Source of the DNA: an uncultured virus (IMG/VR IMGVR_UViG_3300044630_007263)
Taxonomy: Duplodnaviria; Heunggongvirae; Uroviricota; Caudoviricetes
DNA length: 64,000 nucleotides
IMG/VR virus record: IMGVR_UViG_3300044630_007263
Reading direction: 5' to 3' (one strand)
Shown here: positions 20,996-31,507 of the stretch, in pieces
How positions within the stretch are numbered: position 1 is the stretch's first letter
How the letters are laid out: each line of letters starts with the position of its first letter
Made by a program: the position numbers and the translations under genes
Notes under the pieces: model-generated
What the model saw: only the letters and a program-made list of their open reading frames with translations
The model's database searches: none
Told to the model about the DNA's origin: nothing

Positions 20996-21365
20996 TCTAG
21001 GATTTCATGGTAACTTATTTGGAGGTAAGCTCCTAGCTTGGATTGATGCAGCTGCCGCTGGTTATGCAATGGAATATGCACATAATCGCAGAATGGTTAC
21101 TGTTAAAATTGACGAGTGTATTTTTAAAAAGCCGGCAAAGGAAGGCAGTCTACTTAAAATCTATGGTGCCATAACTAAAGTCGGAAATACTAGCATTACT
21201 CTTTATATGGAGGCAAGATCATTTAATGTCTACACTCACGAAGAAGATATTGTTCTGTCTACTCATATTACATTTGTTAGAATTGACGAGGATGGAAGCC
21301 CTATCCCTATTTCAGATAAGGTACGTAATGGATTCCATTATGATATAACAGCGGAAGATAAATAA
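20958..21365 (+). CDS. Hotdog-fold acyl-CoA thioesterase
   Basis: HGNLFGGKLLAWID...FKKP...VGNTSI. Confidence 0.85.
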   Translation: MKFLNQHPIKKSDLGFHGNLFGGKLLAWIDAAAAGYAMEYAHNRRMVTVKIDECIFKKPAKEGSLLKIYGAITKVGNTSITLYMEARSFNVYTHEEDIVLSTHITFVRIDEDGSPIPISDKVRNGFHYDITAEDK

Positions 21366-21386
21366 TTCTGAAAAAGATCTAAAATT

Positions 21387-22292
21387 ATGTCAATTGTAAC
21401 AAACTTCGATAAATTTACAGTAAACGAAGAAGAAAACGAAACTCCAGCGGTTCCAACTCCTCCTGCTCCTGCACCAGAAACAGAACCTGCTACACCAGAA
21501 GTTCCTACTCCAGAAGCAGAACCTGCAGCAGAAGAGCCTAAAATGGAAGATGAGCCTAAGGAAGAAGTTAAAGCTGACGAGCCTCAAGCTGAAGAACAAG
21601 ATTACTACTTTACTTGGTATGGTTGGGTTCCTAGTTATGGAGACTTTGATCAGGATTGGATGTTAGTTAAAGCTAAGTCTGATGCTGAGGCAATTGAAAA
21701 ATTATCTGAATACAAGCCACTTCAATATTCTAAAGGTGGAGTTGGTCTTGATACACTAAATGGAGAAAAGCCCAAAGGCGCTTCAGTTGGTGGATGGGAA
21801 GAACAAGAAGATGGATCCAAAATTTCAAAATCTTACGAAGTAGATTTTAAAAACAAGAAATTTGTTTTAAACGTTACAACATATCCAAAGGATCACTTTA
21901 CTAATCCTAAAGAAAACCCTAAAAAGAATGAAAAACAGGATGTTGAACCATTCTTTAGCGGAGATTCAAAATCTAAATCAGTTGAAGAAAATATTGAATT
22001 TGAAAATGATTTAGGGCTAGACGTAAAATTCGAAAAATTCTGCGATGAATTTAGAGCAAGCGGTAAAGGTGCAAAGATTACTTTAACAAATGACGATGTT
22101 ATAGTTGAATTAGGATTTAATTATCCAGACGAACTTGCTCATGTTGCATTTGACATTGCAGATCAGTGTGGAATTACAAGCAGAGAACTTTCAGTTTGTG
22201 CAGAATCTAGCGGCCACAAATCTATTAAGATTTGCACGGTTAATGGTGGACCTAAAAACTGGAGCATGTTAAATAGATACGGTCGTCGTTAA
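21387..22292 (+). CDS. Acidic Pro/Glu-rich protein with capsid-targeting-like leader
   Basis: MSIVTNFDKFTVNEEE; upstream GATAAATA. Confidence 0.6.
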   Translation: MSIVTNFDKFTVNEEENETPAVPTPPAPAPETEPATPEVPTPEAEPAAEEPKMEDEPKEEVKADEPQAEEQDYYFTWYGWVPSYGDFDQDWMLVKAKSDAEAIEKLSEYKPLQYSKGGVGLDTLNGEKPKGASVGGWEEQEDGSKISKSYEVDFKNKKFVLNVTTYPKDHFTNPKENPKKNEKQDVEPFFSGDSKSKSVEENIEFENDLGLDVKFEKFCDEFRASGKGAKITLTNDDVIVELGFNYPDELAHVAFDIADQCGITSRELSVCAESSGHKSIKICTVNGGPKNWSMLNRYGRR

Positions 22293-22295
22293 TCT

Positions 22296-22553
22296 ATGCC
22301 AAAGGTATTATCATATGATGAGTGGGCTAAATTAAAGCAGGCCGATCATGTAAATCATGATGGATATCTAGACTCATCTCCCAACAATACAAACCCTTAT
22401 AATATTATTCCTTCTGCTGACATTACAATGGATGGTGTTAGCAGAAGGCTTAAACTTACCCCAGAAAAAGGCGAGTCAATTATAGCCGAACCAAACTCCG
22501 GTTCATATAATTTCGGAGACTCTAAGTGGGTATTAGAAATTCCTCAAGATTAA
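22296..22553 (+). CDS. Hypothetical protein
   Basis: ORF track. Confidence 0.6.
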   Translation: MPKVLSYDEWAKLKQADHVNHDGYLDSSPNNTNPYNIIPSADITMDGVSRRLKLTPEKGESIIAEPNSGSYNFGDSKWVLEIPQD

Positions 22554-22608
22554 GTTAATCTAATTTTATTTTTTTAGTATAATAGCTTAACATACTAATT
22601 ATACTTAT

Positions 22609-23334
22609 ATGAAATTTGGACAATGGTTTTGCGATCTATTCAGAATTAAGAAAAGAAGTTTCTATGTAGGCAAACTTTATTTTTCAATCTCAAAGGAATC
22701 TCCATATTACCGATCAGGCGGAGATATCTTAAATAATGTACACTTTAAATTTTTAGGTCTCTACTTTGTGAGCAGACTAAAAAAGAGAGACACAGTAAAA
22801 GGTTTCCGAAAGGATCAAAAACTAATTAAGATTTTTGAATCAACGTGTGGAGTTAAGGTTGGCAATTATCAAGTTAAAGATGCTTCACAAAATACCTATG
22901 ACGATTGGTCTTTACCCGATGCAGTGGTTACTCCAATTAGTAAAAAATTAGTTGGAACACTAGATGATTGCTATTGGATGCTTGAAAGATCCGTTGTTAT
23001 ATGTGATGACTTTCCAAGTGCAGGATATTCCCTAACTGATAATGCATGGATCGGTTGGTCACATAGAGCAAAGGCTGCATTTAAAAAGGGCGATAGACTA
23101 TTTGATGAAAAATATAAACCAGTTGAATCTGATTATACTGAAGAAGAGTGGACTAAATTTTCAATTGCTTATCAAAAAAGTTTAGACTCAGCAGCCGATG
23201 ATTTAGATAGAAAGTGGATTATTGAAGATGGAATTTCCCATGTAATACCATTTAAACAAAGAGGGCCAAAGGTTATTGAAACAAATAATGAGGCCAAACA
23301 AGCAGCAATTAATTTTTCTAAATACGTATCATAA
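22609..23334 (+). CDS. Hypothetical phage protein
   Basis: ORF track. Confidence 0.65.
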   Translation: MKFGQWFCDLFRIKKRSFYVGKLYFSISKESPYYRSGGDILNNVHFKFLGLYFVSRLKKRDTVKGFRKDQKLIKIFESTCGVKVGNYQVKDASQNTYDDWSLPDAVVTPISKKLVGTLDDCYWMLERSVVICDDFPSAGYSLTDNAWIGWSHRAKAAFKKGDRLFDEKYKPVESDYTEEEWTKFSIAYQKSLDSAADDLDRKWIIEDGISHVIPFKQRGPKVIETNNEAKQAAINFSKYVS

Positions 23335-23639
23335 TGCAATTAACAAATGAATTCCAATCCATTAGAGATTGGGCAGAAAACAAAGGAATCTACGCTAAAG
23401 GCGATCCTAAAACACAGTACATTAAATTATGCGAAGAGATGGGAGAGCTTGCTCAATCACTCTTAAAACAGGATGAAGCTGAATTTAAAGATGCAATTGG
23501 CGATTGCGTCGTGGTACTTACAAACCTAGCCAAATTAAAGGGTTATACAATTGAAGAGTGCATTAACGGATCTTATGATGTTATTGCCAAGCGTACAGGT
23601 AAAATGGTTAACGGAACCTTTGTTAAAGAACAAAACTAA
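23334..23639 (+). CDS. MazG-like nucleotide pyrophosphohydrolase
   Basis: KLCEEMGELA...DAIGD. Confidence 0.85.
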   Translation: MQLTNEFQSIRDWAENKGIYAKGDPKTQYIKLCEEMGELAQSLLKQDEAEFKDAIGDCVVVLTNLAKLKGYTIEECINGSYDVIAKRTGKMVNGTFVKEQN

Positions 23640-23640
23640 A

Positions 23641-24609
23641 ATGAAACAATACAAGATTTTCTCAATCGACGGCCGTCCAATTGCAAATGAAATTTGCGAG
23701 CACCTTTCAGAATTAACTGATTCTGATATTAGAGTAGGTAAATTTAAAATTGATAAATTCTCTGATGGAGAGTTTAGTCCTCAATTCTTAGAATCAATTA
23801 GAGATAAATCTGTTTTTCTTGTTACAACCCTAACAAGTTCAGATGCAATAATTAAATTAGTACTTTCAATTGATGCAGCTAAACGTGCATCCGCATCTGA
23901 AATTATTGTTATTCTACCGTACCTTGCATATTCAAGACAAGATCGTAGAGAGGGACATCGCGGTTCAATTGGTGGAAAAGCAATAGCTGATCTTATTAAA
24001 AATGCTGGAGCAGACAAAGCCATCTTATTTGATCTACATTCAGAACAAATTCAAGGTTTCTTTGATATGCCAGTTGAACACATTCCTGGATGGGTTGCAT
24101 TTACTGATTATGTAAAAGAATTGGATCCAACTTGTGATTGGACAGTATGTTCCCCTGATGCAGGTGGAGTAAAGCGAGCCAACCGTTTTTATCAACACTT
24201 TGTTAAGACCCATGAAACAGCGACTTTTTCAATGCTATCTAAATTAAGAGACAAGCCAAATTCAATTGAGCGAATGGATCTTATTGGAGACGTTAAAGGT
24301 CGATGTGTAATCTTAATTGATGATATGGTCGATACTGGTGGAACTCTTTTGCTAGCAGCAAAGCTACTAAAGGAAGCTGGAGCATTACGGGTCCATGCTA
24401 TTTGTACGCACGGCGTTTTATCTGGCCCAGCTTATGAAAGACTAAGCGGTGAAAACGGCCAATTTCTAGATTCTCTAGTTATTAGTACGTCAATTCCCTC
24501 AAATTTTCATGAAAAAATAAAAACTGTTAGCTGTGCAAAACCAATTGCTAAAACAATTTTTGCAATGACTAAATCTGTATCAGTTGCCCAAACCTTAATT
24601 CCACAATGA
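23641..24609 (+). CDS. prs: Ribose-phosphate pyrophosphokinase
   Basis: FSDGE, PYLAYSRQDR, DLHSEQIQGFF, SPDAGG, DDMVDTGGT; start moved to MKQYK. Confidence 0.95.
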   Translation: MKQYKIFSIDGRPIANEICEHLSELTDSDIRVGKFKIDKFSDGEFSPQFLESIRDKSVFLVTTLTSSDAIIKLVLSIDAAKRASASEIIVILPYLAYSRQDRREGHRGSIGGKAIADLIKNAGADKAILFDLHSEQIQGFFDMPVEHIPGWVAFTDYVKELDPTCDWTVCSPDAGGVKRANRFYQHFVKTHETATFSMLSKLRDKPNSIERMDLIGDVKGRCVILIDDMVDTGGTLLLAAKLLKEAGALRVHAICTHGVLSGPAYERLSGENGQFLDSLVISTSIPSNFHEKIKTVSCAKPIAKTIFAMTKSVSVAQTLIPQ

Positions 24610-25340
24610 AGAAACTAATTTTTATATTATGCTTTTTACCAAGTTTGGTAAAGGCTCAAACACAAGCCTATTCCATAAATGGCATGCTCAATGTTGGTAA
24701 TCGAGCTGGCTATTTAATTGGCGCAAAGGGAGAATACAAGTCAAAGGACACTGGAAAGCTTGGTGGAATTGCAACCCTTTCTGGACAGGTTCAATATGCT
24801 TCAATTAATGAGGTAATGGTTCTACAAAGACGGGATATTACAGCCTCGGTATATGGCTGGAAGACTCTGGATAAGGTCCAGTCACTTATATTATTTAGCG
24901 AAGGGGAACATTCATATACCAGAAAGGTGGATTTCAGGGTGACCGGAGGGGCTGGTTATAAGGTTACTGTAATTGATCTGCCTGGCAAAAAACTGGAAGT
25001 TTCACAAGCAGTAACAACCGAGCAGCTTCAGCTAATAGAAGGAAACCGAACCTGGACCATAAGAAGTTCGACCAGAACTAAGCTGGTTTTGGGTACATTA
25101 ACTAAGTTAACAGTTACTGCCCTTGTGCAGCCGCCTTTATTTTCTAACACCGGTGCTAGTGCAAGTAATAACATGGTAAGCAGGGTTATTGTTTTAGTAG
25201 AGCACCCACTATCAAAAAGCCTATCATTTTCACTTGGCGGTGACGTTAATCACCAAACTTATCAAACTTGGGTAAAACCAGAGGTTAAACCATACGATGG
25301 GGTCTTTCAAATCGGCCTCGTATGGAAGCCAAATAAATAA
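24606..25340 (+). CDS. Secreted beta-barrel protein (DUF481-like)
   Basis: Signal peptide; FRVTGGAGY; beta-strand pattern. Confidence 0.5.
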   Translation: MKKLIFILCFLPSLVKAQTQAYSINGMLNVGNRAGYLIGAKGEYKSKDTGKLGGIATLSGQVQYASINEVMVLQRRDITASVYGWKTLDKVQSLILFSEGEHSYTRKVDFRVTGGAGYKVTVIDLPGKKLEVSQAVTTEQLQLIEGNRTWTIRSSTRTKLVLGTLTKLTVTALVQPPLFSNTGASASNNMVSRVIVLVEHPLSKSLSFSLGGDVNHQTYQTWVKPEVKPYDGVFQIGLVWKPNK

Positions 25341-25346
25341 TTTTAT

Positions 25347-25961
25347 ATGACAACCGCCAGTCGACTAGAACATCCACGTATTAAAGCATTCATTAAGCAC
25401 GTAAAGTCTGAATGTAAAAATACTGGAATCAAAGTCGAACTGAGAAACGTTAGATACCTAAGACTTGGTCAGGGTATGAAGTGTTCAGGTTATTTCGATG
25501 ACCAAAATCGAAAACTTGTGGTTGCCATGTTAAATCCAGTATCAGTTGAAGTTTTAGTACACGAATTTGGACACTTTACCCAATGGAATGAAAAGATTCC
25601 TATTTGGAAAGAATCTGGCTATGCAATGGGTCATATTGAAGAGTGGTTAAATGGTGCAACTAAACGTAATATTGAAAAATGGATGGCCCTATCTAGAGAT
25701 CTTGAACTAGATAACGAAAAACGTAGTGTTCAATTAATAAGGGACTTCAATTTGCCTATTAATATTGAAAAGTATACTAAGAGTGCAAACGCTTATGTTC
25801 TCTTCTATAATTGGATGCTTACTTCTAGAAAATGGTGTAAACCTGGTAACACACCATATTCAAATAAGACTGTTCTTAATGCCTGTTCGCCAAAATTTAA
25901 CATGAGATATGATCAACTCTCTGCAAGAATGAGGCAAGCATTTGAAGAGTCTGGAATTTAA
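25347..25961 (+). CDS. Zincin-like metalloprotease
   Basis: LVHEFGHFTQ (HExxH) plus downstream Glu. Confidence 0.65.
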   Translation: MTTASRLEHPRIKAFIKHVKSECKNTGIKVELRNVRYLRLGQGMKCSGYFDDQNRKLVVAMLNPVSVEVLVHEFGHFTQWNEKIPIWKESGYAMGHIEEWLNGATKRNIEKWMALSRDLELDNEKRSVQLIRDFNLPINIEKYTKSANAYVLFYNWMLTSRKWCKPGNTPYSNKTVLNACSPKFNMRYDQLSARMRQAFEESGI

Positions 25962-26020
25962 AACCAAAGTGCCCAAATTGGGTATAATATCTTTACAAAA
26001 CAAAACCAAAAACCATAGCT

Positions 26021-26188
26021 ATGAAAAAGTACGCAATCGTAATGATTCTAGTTGCTGCAGTAGGATTTACTGCATGTGGAAATGGTGCAACGACCGCTGA
26101 CGCTCCTGCGGCTGACTCTACACAAGTAGACTCAACTGTAGTAGCAGCAGACTCGACTGCAACCGTAGACACTACTGCAACTAAGTAA
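26021..26188 (+). CDS. Small Ser/Thr-rich lipoprotein (55 aa, not in ORF track)
   Basis: MKKYAIVMILVAAVGFTAC lipobox; own promoter-like motif and terminator. Confidence 0.8.
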   Translation: MKKYAIVMILVAAVGFTACGNGATTADAPAADSTQVDSTVVAADSTATVDTTATK

Positions 26189-26210
26189 TCGGGAGACATT
26201 AACTCCGGCC

Positions 26211-26240
26211 AAAAGAGGAACAAATTGTTCCTCTTTTTTT
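26211..26240 (+). terminator. Intrinsic terminator
   Basis: AAAAGAGGAACA-loop-TGTTCCTCTTTT. Confidence 0.8.
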
Positions 26241-26302
26241 GTTTCAGGTGACCTTTAAAAATATTGATTTAGATAAATAATAAGAAAAGGTCTAGATTTA
26301 AA

Positions 26303-28237
26303 ATGAAAAACTGGTTATTAACCATTTTGTGTGCTGTATTATGTTTTGCGGCTACCACAGAAACTTATGCCCAAACGGGTCCCCCAGCCCCATCTTCAGG
26401 AGCTTGGGTAATTATTGACACCAACTATACAGTTGGATCGTCTTTGCTTGGTCAAACTAAAGCAAGAATTACTTATAAAAATAACACTTCGACTCTAGTA
26501 ACAGGTCTTCAATTTAGAGTATTCTATGATAAGACTGCGTTTACTGGTGCAACTGTGGCGGCTGTTACATCTGCATCAAATGAAGTTCTTTCATATCAAA
26601 CTGATTCAGTAAACGGGTTTATTACAATTACCTTAGTTTATACTGGTTCAAGTAGTACATGGACGCTAGCTGAAGGCGAAACTTTTGAAATTACATTTAC
26701 ACATGCTGCGAATACTACATTCCAAGCCCTAACTGCAATTTCAAACTTAACTTGGTCACCAACTACTGGTAACTCTTTCCCTCAATTGTTAGCAAAACAA
26801 GATGGTACTGATGGTACACTAAGCCAACACAATTACGGTGGTATCTTCTTACGCCCATCTCTTAATTACCATGGTACATTCACTAACGTAACAGGTTCTG
26901 GTTCTAAAAACATTATTGTTCAATTACAACAAAGACCAAAAACTGGTGGTACTTGGACAACTATCAAAATGGATACGACTGCCGTATCTGGAGCATTTGC
27001 ATTTAATGATGTAGTTGTCGATACAACTTATTTCAATGCACGCCTCTATGTTAAAGGTGATACCCTTACTGTAGGTAATACAATTTCAACAGCAGATGCT
27101 GCTAAAGTAAACCAATATGTATTAGGACAAGCAACTCCAACTGGATTTGATTACTATGCAGCTGATGTAAACTCAGATAATACTATCTCAATTACAGATG
27201 CTTATGGTATCTATGGTAGATTAGCTGGAAGATTCTCGGCATGGCCAAATAATACAATGGATGTTAAATTCTTTACTGCTTCTCAATATGCAACAATCAA
27301 TGGTTCAACTACCAATTATACTGCATCAATTCCAGGTGTAACCGATATTACATTTGATATTGTTGCGGGTCAACCCGATTCTGTAACATTCTATGTATTA
27401 GGTAAAGGAGATGCAAACGGCACTGGTTTCCACATGGCGCGTATGGTTCCTATTCAAATTGTTAATCCAAACAATGCACCAAACCATATTATTGATGCAA
27501 CAACTCAATATGATAATGCAGCCACTTTAGAAACAATTGAAGTAAACATGCCAGAAATTACAGTTGAAGCAGGTAATCTTCTTAATGTTCCAGTTAAAGT
27601 TTTATCTAGCAATGTTCAAGTAGGATCTCTTCAATTAGCTTTAAAATACGATCCACAATTACTTGAATTCAAATCAATCGCAGCTACTGAAAATATTTCA
27701 CACTGGTTGTCTTTTGTAAACCCACAAGATGGAACTATCGAATGGGGCGGTGCAGATTTTACAACAACTCACCCAATTGCAGATGGACAAACTGCGTTTA
27801 ATCTTCAATTCCTAGCGCTTGTTCCAAAAGATCAATGGAATAAAAGCCCGCTTTATGTGACTAGAAAATATGCTGGAGTTAATACAACTCATAAAGATTT
27901 AAACATTACCCCGACTGACGGAATTATTCAAGTCTTAATTGTTAATCCAGGATGGGGAGTAGGAACTATTGAAAATAATTTAATGACAGTTAAACTTGCA
28001 CCAAACCCAACTCAAGGTCATGTTGCAGTAACCTTTAACGTTTTAGAAGATGCAATGGTTAATCTTACATTTAGAGATCAATTAGGTCAGCCAATTAAAA
28101 CCCTAGTAAATCAATTTATGCCAGCTGGAACCTATACTTATAGTACAGACTTAAGTCATGTTCAAGGTGGAATTTACTATGCGATCCTAACCGCAGGTAA
28201 GAAAATTGCATCCGCAAAAGAAATAGTTTCAAAGTAA
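26303..28237 (+). CDS. Secreted cohesin-dockerin-cohesin protein with T9SS type A sorting domain
   Basis: GLQFRVFYDKT and GSLQLALKYDPQLLEF (cohesin-like), AADVNSDNTISITDA (dockerin-like), LAPNPT...GIYY C-terminus. Confidence 0.75.
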   Translation: MKNWLLTILCAVLCFAATTETYAQTGPPAPSSGAWVIIDTNYTVGSSLLGQTKARITYKNNTSTLVTGLQFRVFYDKTAFTGATVAAVTSASNEVLSYQTDSVNGFITITLVYTGSSSTWTLAEGETFEITFTHAANTTFQALTAISNLTWSPTTGNSFPQLLAKQDGTDGTLSQHNYGGIFLRPSLNYHGTFTNVTGSGSKNIIVQLQQRPKTGGTWTTIKMDTTAVSGAFAFNDVVVDTTYFNARLYVKGDTLTVGNTISTADAAKVNQYVLGQATPTGFDYYAADVNSDNTISITDAYGIYGRLAGRFSAWPNNTMDVKFFTASQYATINGSTTNYTASIPGVTDITFDIVAGQPDSVTFYVLGKGDANGTGFHMARMVPIQIVNPNNAPNHIIDATTQYDNAATLETIEVNMPEITVEAGNLLNVPVKVLSSNVQVGSLQLALKYDPQLLEFKSIAATENISHWLSFVNPQDGTIEWGGADFTTTHPIADGQTAFNLQFLALVPKDQWNKSPLYVTRKYAGVNTTHKDLNITPTDGIIQVLIVNPGWGVGTIENNLMTVKLAPNPTQGHVAVTFNVLEDAMVNLTFRDQLGQPIKTLVNQFMPAGTYTYSTDLSHVQGGIYYAILTAGKKIASAKEIVSK

Positions 28238-28263
28238 TTAAATAATAAAAAAACAAACTCACA

Positions 28264-28587
28264 ATGTCTGAAGAAACACAAAACGAAGGCACTTGGTCAG
28301 GTCTTAAAAAGACCATCATAGGAACTCTTTCAACTGCAGTATTAGCAGGTGGAACCTATTTGACTACTACTCTTTTCGGTGGTGGAAGCGACAAGGAAGA
28401 GACTAAAACTGAACAAGCTGCCCCAGCCCCTGCTCCAGTTGTAATCAACCTTGAAAACAATAACACTAACCAACAAAAACAATCTGGTGGAACTAACACA
28501 ATTATTAAAGAGCGTGTTATTGAAAAACCTGCAGCAGAACCTGCAAAACCTAAGGCTGAACCTAAGAAAGAAGAAGAGTCTTGGTAA
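28264..28587 (+). CDS. Membrane-anchored low-complexity protein
   Basis: N-terminal TM, Pro/Glu/Asn-rich tail. Confidence 0.65.
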   Translation: MSEETQNEGTWSGLKKTIIGTLSTAVLAGGTYLTTTLFGGGSDKEETKTEQAAPAPAPVVINLENNNTNQQKQSGGTNTIIKERVIEKPAAEPAKPKAEPKKEEESW

Positions 28588-28610
28588 TTAAAAAAATAAA
28601 GAACACTAAA

Positions 28611-28970
28611 ATGTCTATTAAAGAAACGGTTAAAAATGCATTAGGCTTCGGAAAAGAAGAATATGTAAAAGTAGATGATAAGAACAGATTCTATTACATG
28701 TTACAGCAAATGCAAGCAAACAGATGGAGAATTACTGCAATTGTATTAGGGTTATTCACTTTAATTATTGTAGGAATTAATGCTGGCGTATTTATGGGTG
28801 CTACTATCGGAGAAGACTGGAAAGAAATGTTATTAATTCTTTTAGGTGCATTCGTTGGTAACCTAAATAAAGTTGTTGACTACTGGTTTAATTCAGAAGA
28901 TCGCGACAAAATGTTAATTCAGAAAGTTGACGAAGAAGACGGTCAGTCTTTATCTAATACTGCTGAATAA
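28611..28970 (+). CDS. Two-TM membrane protein
   Basis: Start MSIKETV; two TM helices, VVDYWF. Confidence 0.65.
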   Translation: MSIKETVKNALGFGKEEYVKVDDKNRFYYMLQQMQANRWRITAIVLGLFTLIIVGINAGVFMGATIGEDWKEMLLILLGAFVGNLNKVVDYWFNSEDRDKMLIQKVDEEDGQSLSNTAE

Positions 28971-28984
28971 AAAAATTGAGTCCT

Positions 28985-29089
28985 ATGAAAAAGGTTTACT
29001 CCTTTTTTGAAGAAAACTGGAAAATAATTTTAATAGCAGCGGCATGGTTCGGTGGTATTGGATTTATTGCCTATAAATTTGGAATATGA
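28985..29089 (+). CDS. Small single-TM peptide (34 aa, not in ORF track)
   Basis: MKKVYSFFEENWKIILIAAAWFGGIGFIAYKFGI; ATGA overlap with next gene. Confidence 0.6.
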   Translation: MKKVYSFFEENWKIILIAAAWFGGIGFIAYKFGI

Positions 29090-29799
29090 AAAAGTTAATC
29101 GTAATTTGCATCATGCTGCTATTGGCGGTGGGTGCTCAAGCTCAAACCATTGGTTCAACTAAAACTGAAACCTATCAGGCTGATTTTGAAAAGAAACAGT
29201 CAATAAACCTTGTTGCAAATTACGATGATACTATTGTAATTCCTATACAGGTATTAAAAATTGGTATTAACGAAGAACTCTATGCAATGTACCCTGAATT
29301 AAAGGACAATCGTGTGGGTCTTGGTGTTGCCAATATTGTTCTTGAATTTTTAGAATCAACCGATAGATTTAAATTCACAGAGGACAGAGAAGAGATTAAA
29401 CAAAAAATGATTGCTCAACAAAAAGCATCAGATAAGGGAATCTCAGCAAATACTATTCAGGTAAAAGGAAATGTTATCCTTGCTAAATATTTTGTGTATA
29501 TCGAAGTTTATGACTTTGCAATTTCAGAAGATGAAGAAATTCAAGTATCTGGTGCAGAGGTTAAACAAAAAACCACAATCGGCCTTCAAGTAAGATTTGT
29601 TGATGCTGAAACCGGTGAAATAATTACTGGCTCAGGTCTTGGAGAAGCCATCACCGTTAAGAAAGCAAGTCTATTGGACGGAGTTGATGAAGTTAAATTT
29701 AATCAATCAACGATCGGTATATCTACTAAGAAATCCCTTGAGACTGCTGCTTCACGAGTTGTAAGCAAGTTGATCAAAAAGGGAGTTTTTAGACGATGA
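29086..29799 (+). CDS. CsgG/HfaB-like secreted protein
   Basis: LESTDRFKFTEDRE...GLQVRFVDAETGEII. Confidence 0.7.
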   Translation: MKKLIVICIMLLLAVGAQAQTIGSTKTETYQADFEKKQSINLVANYDDTIVIPIQVLKIGINEELYAMYPELKDNRVGLGVANIVLEFLESTDRFKFTEDREEIKQKMIAQQKASDKGISANTIQVKGNVILAKYFVYIEVYDFAISEDEEIQVSGAEVKQKTTIGLQVRFVDAETGEIITGSGLGEAITVKKASLLDGVDEVKFNQSTIGISTKKSLETAASRVVSKLIKKGVFRR

Positions 29800-31493
29800 A
29801 AAACCTAATCTTACTGGTATTTTTATTTGCTTCTACTTCCTTAGTAAAAGCGCAAAGCTACATTTATCAATATGTAGATCCATGTACAAAAAATATTAAA
29901 TTTGTTTCAGTTCCATTAAGTGGAGCAGCTATTGCTGTTACATATTATGGACAAGTTGGAACATTTACTAATACCGATTTTAGTAATGGAGCATTTTTAG
30001 CTTGGTTAAATCAAACATCTGGCGCAAATGCTGGAAAACCTTGTGATCAAGCAACAACACAAGCAGTTCAATCAACAAATTTAATTGTTACAAATAATAT
30101 TATTTCAACCCTGACTAATATTACGTCAGTATCAATGATGGCGTCAAGTCTTGCATCAAACATAGCTGGCGCATCAAGTACGGTTGGAGGTAATCTTGGA
30201 AACACTGTAAATAATGGATCAAGTGGAGACGGTACCGGTAACGGAGGCAGTGGTGAAAAGAAAAATAATAACAATCGTAATGGCGGAAATGGGAATAGCG
30301 GCGGCAGTAATAGCAGCAATAATAATGGCTCCTCTAGTTCTAATGGGGGTAGTCAATCTAGTGGGTCAGGTCAAGGCAGCAATCAAAGCTCGTCGGGATC
30401 AGTAGGCTCAGGAAATAATCAAGGAAATGGATCATCTACTAATAACGGAGGAAATACAACAGGTTCTAGTGGAAATACTGGAAGCGGAAACACTGGATCA
30501 GGTTCAGGATCTGGCCAAACAGGTGGAAACCCTGCTTCAGGCTCGGGAGGAAACGGTTCAGGTTCAGGTGGGTCAACTCAAGGAGGAGGTTCGTCGTCTC
30601 AGCCACCTGTAGGTAATACGGGATCATCTGGTACAACTGGAACTGGATCTAATGGTAACACTAATGGCACAGGTTCGGGATCAGCCGGAGGTACAGGAAA
30701 CACCACAGAGTCTGGTGGATTAACTCAATCTAATTCAAGCGGAGGTAATGGTGGAACAACTAACTCAGTATCAAATGCAGCTGAAGCAACTTCAAGCGGA
30801 GGTAGCAGTGGAGGTAACAGTTCAAGCGGAGGTAGCTCAAAGAATGGAGATAAAAACCGAGCAAGAACTGGAGCCTTAATTGGAACAGGAGATATTGTTG
30901 CAGTACGAAGCGCAGAAGAGGGAGAAAAGGATCAGTTTAAATTTACAATGAGTATGACTAAGTCTAATACTAAAAATACTTTTGCTAGAGGATTTTTAGG
31001 AAACTTTACTACTCAAATTAATAATTCAAATATTACCTTTTATGGAGCTTGGACTTTACCTAAGAGTAAAACTACAATTATTGCAGCAAACTCGTCAATG
31101 GTAAATCCAGCAAGGGACTTCTTTAATACTACGACTTTACTTGGATCAAAGAGATTTACTAAGCTTTCCCTAATGGGCGGTTTAAACTTTACTGCAGGTA
31201 AAATTGGAGAAACTGGGTTTCAGAACTTATCAGCAGTTGGAGGTGGATTTTACATGTTTAACGCAGGTAAAAAAATAACAGGTACCCTTTTAGTACTTGG
31301 AGTCTATTCTCCATTTACTCAATTCTATGAAGGCCAATGGTGGAGTTCAGGTTTATTAGTAGTTCCATTTAGTTCATGGGATTATTCAATCACAAAGAAA
31401 TTTAAATTTAATATAAGTTTCTCGGGAACTTATGAAATGAATAAAAATATGCTTAACTATCAGGTCTTAACTGGTGGTAAGGTTATGCTTTAA
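29796..31493 (+). CDS. Secreted protein with Gly/Ser/Asn-rich linker and probable C-terminal beta-barrel
   Basis: Signal peptide, >200-aa GSN tract, beta-strand C-terminus. Confidence 0.7.
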   Translation: MKNLILLVFLFASTSLVKAQSYIYQYVDPCTKNIKFVSVPLSGAAIAVTYYGQVGTFTNTDFSNGAFLAWLNQTSGANAGKPCDQATTQAVQSTNLIVTNNIISTLTNITSVSMMASSLASNIAGASSTVGGNLGNTVNNGSSGDGTGNGGSGEKKNNNNRNGGNGNSGGSNSSNNNGSSSSNGGSQSSGSGQGSNQSSSGSVGSGNNQGNGSSTNNGGNTTGSSGNTGSGNTGSGSGSGQTGGNPASGSGGNGSGSGGSTQGGGSSSQPPVGNTGSSGTTGTGSNGNTNGTGSGSAGGTGNTTESGGLTQSNSSGGNGGTTNSVSNAAEATSSGGSSGGNSSSGGSSKNGDKNRARTGALIGTGDIVAVRSAEEGEKDQFKFTMSMTKSNTKNTFARGFLGNFTTQINNSNITFYGAWTLPKSKTTIIAANSSMVNPARDFFNTTTLLGSKRFTKLSLMGGLNFTAGKIGETGFQNLSAVGGGFYMFNAGKKITGTLLVLGVYSPFTQFYEGQWWSSGLLVVPFSSWDYSITKKFKFNISFSGTYEMNKNMLNYQVLTGGKVML

Positions 31494-31507
31494 AAAAATA
31501 AAAACAA

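Noticed and set aside
25993..26223. Minus-strand 76-aa ORF
   Set aside because: Shadow of the + strand lipoprotein 26021-26188, which has a lipobox, promoter-like motif and terminator.
30200..30860. Curlin (CsgA/B) repeats next to the CsgG-like gene
   Set aside because: The Gly/Ser/Asn tract lacks regular curlin repeat periodicity; more likely a flexible linker.
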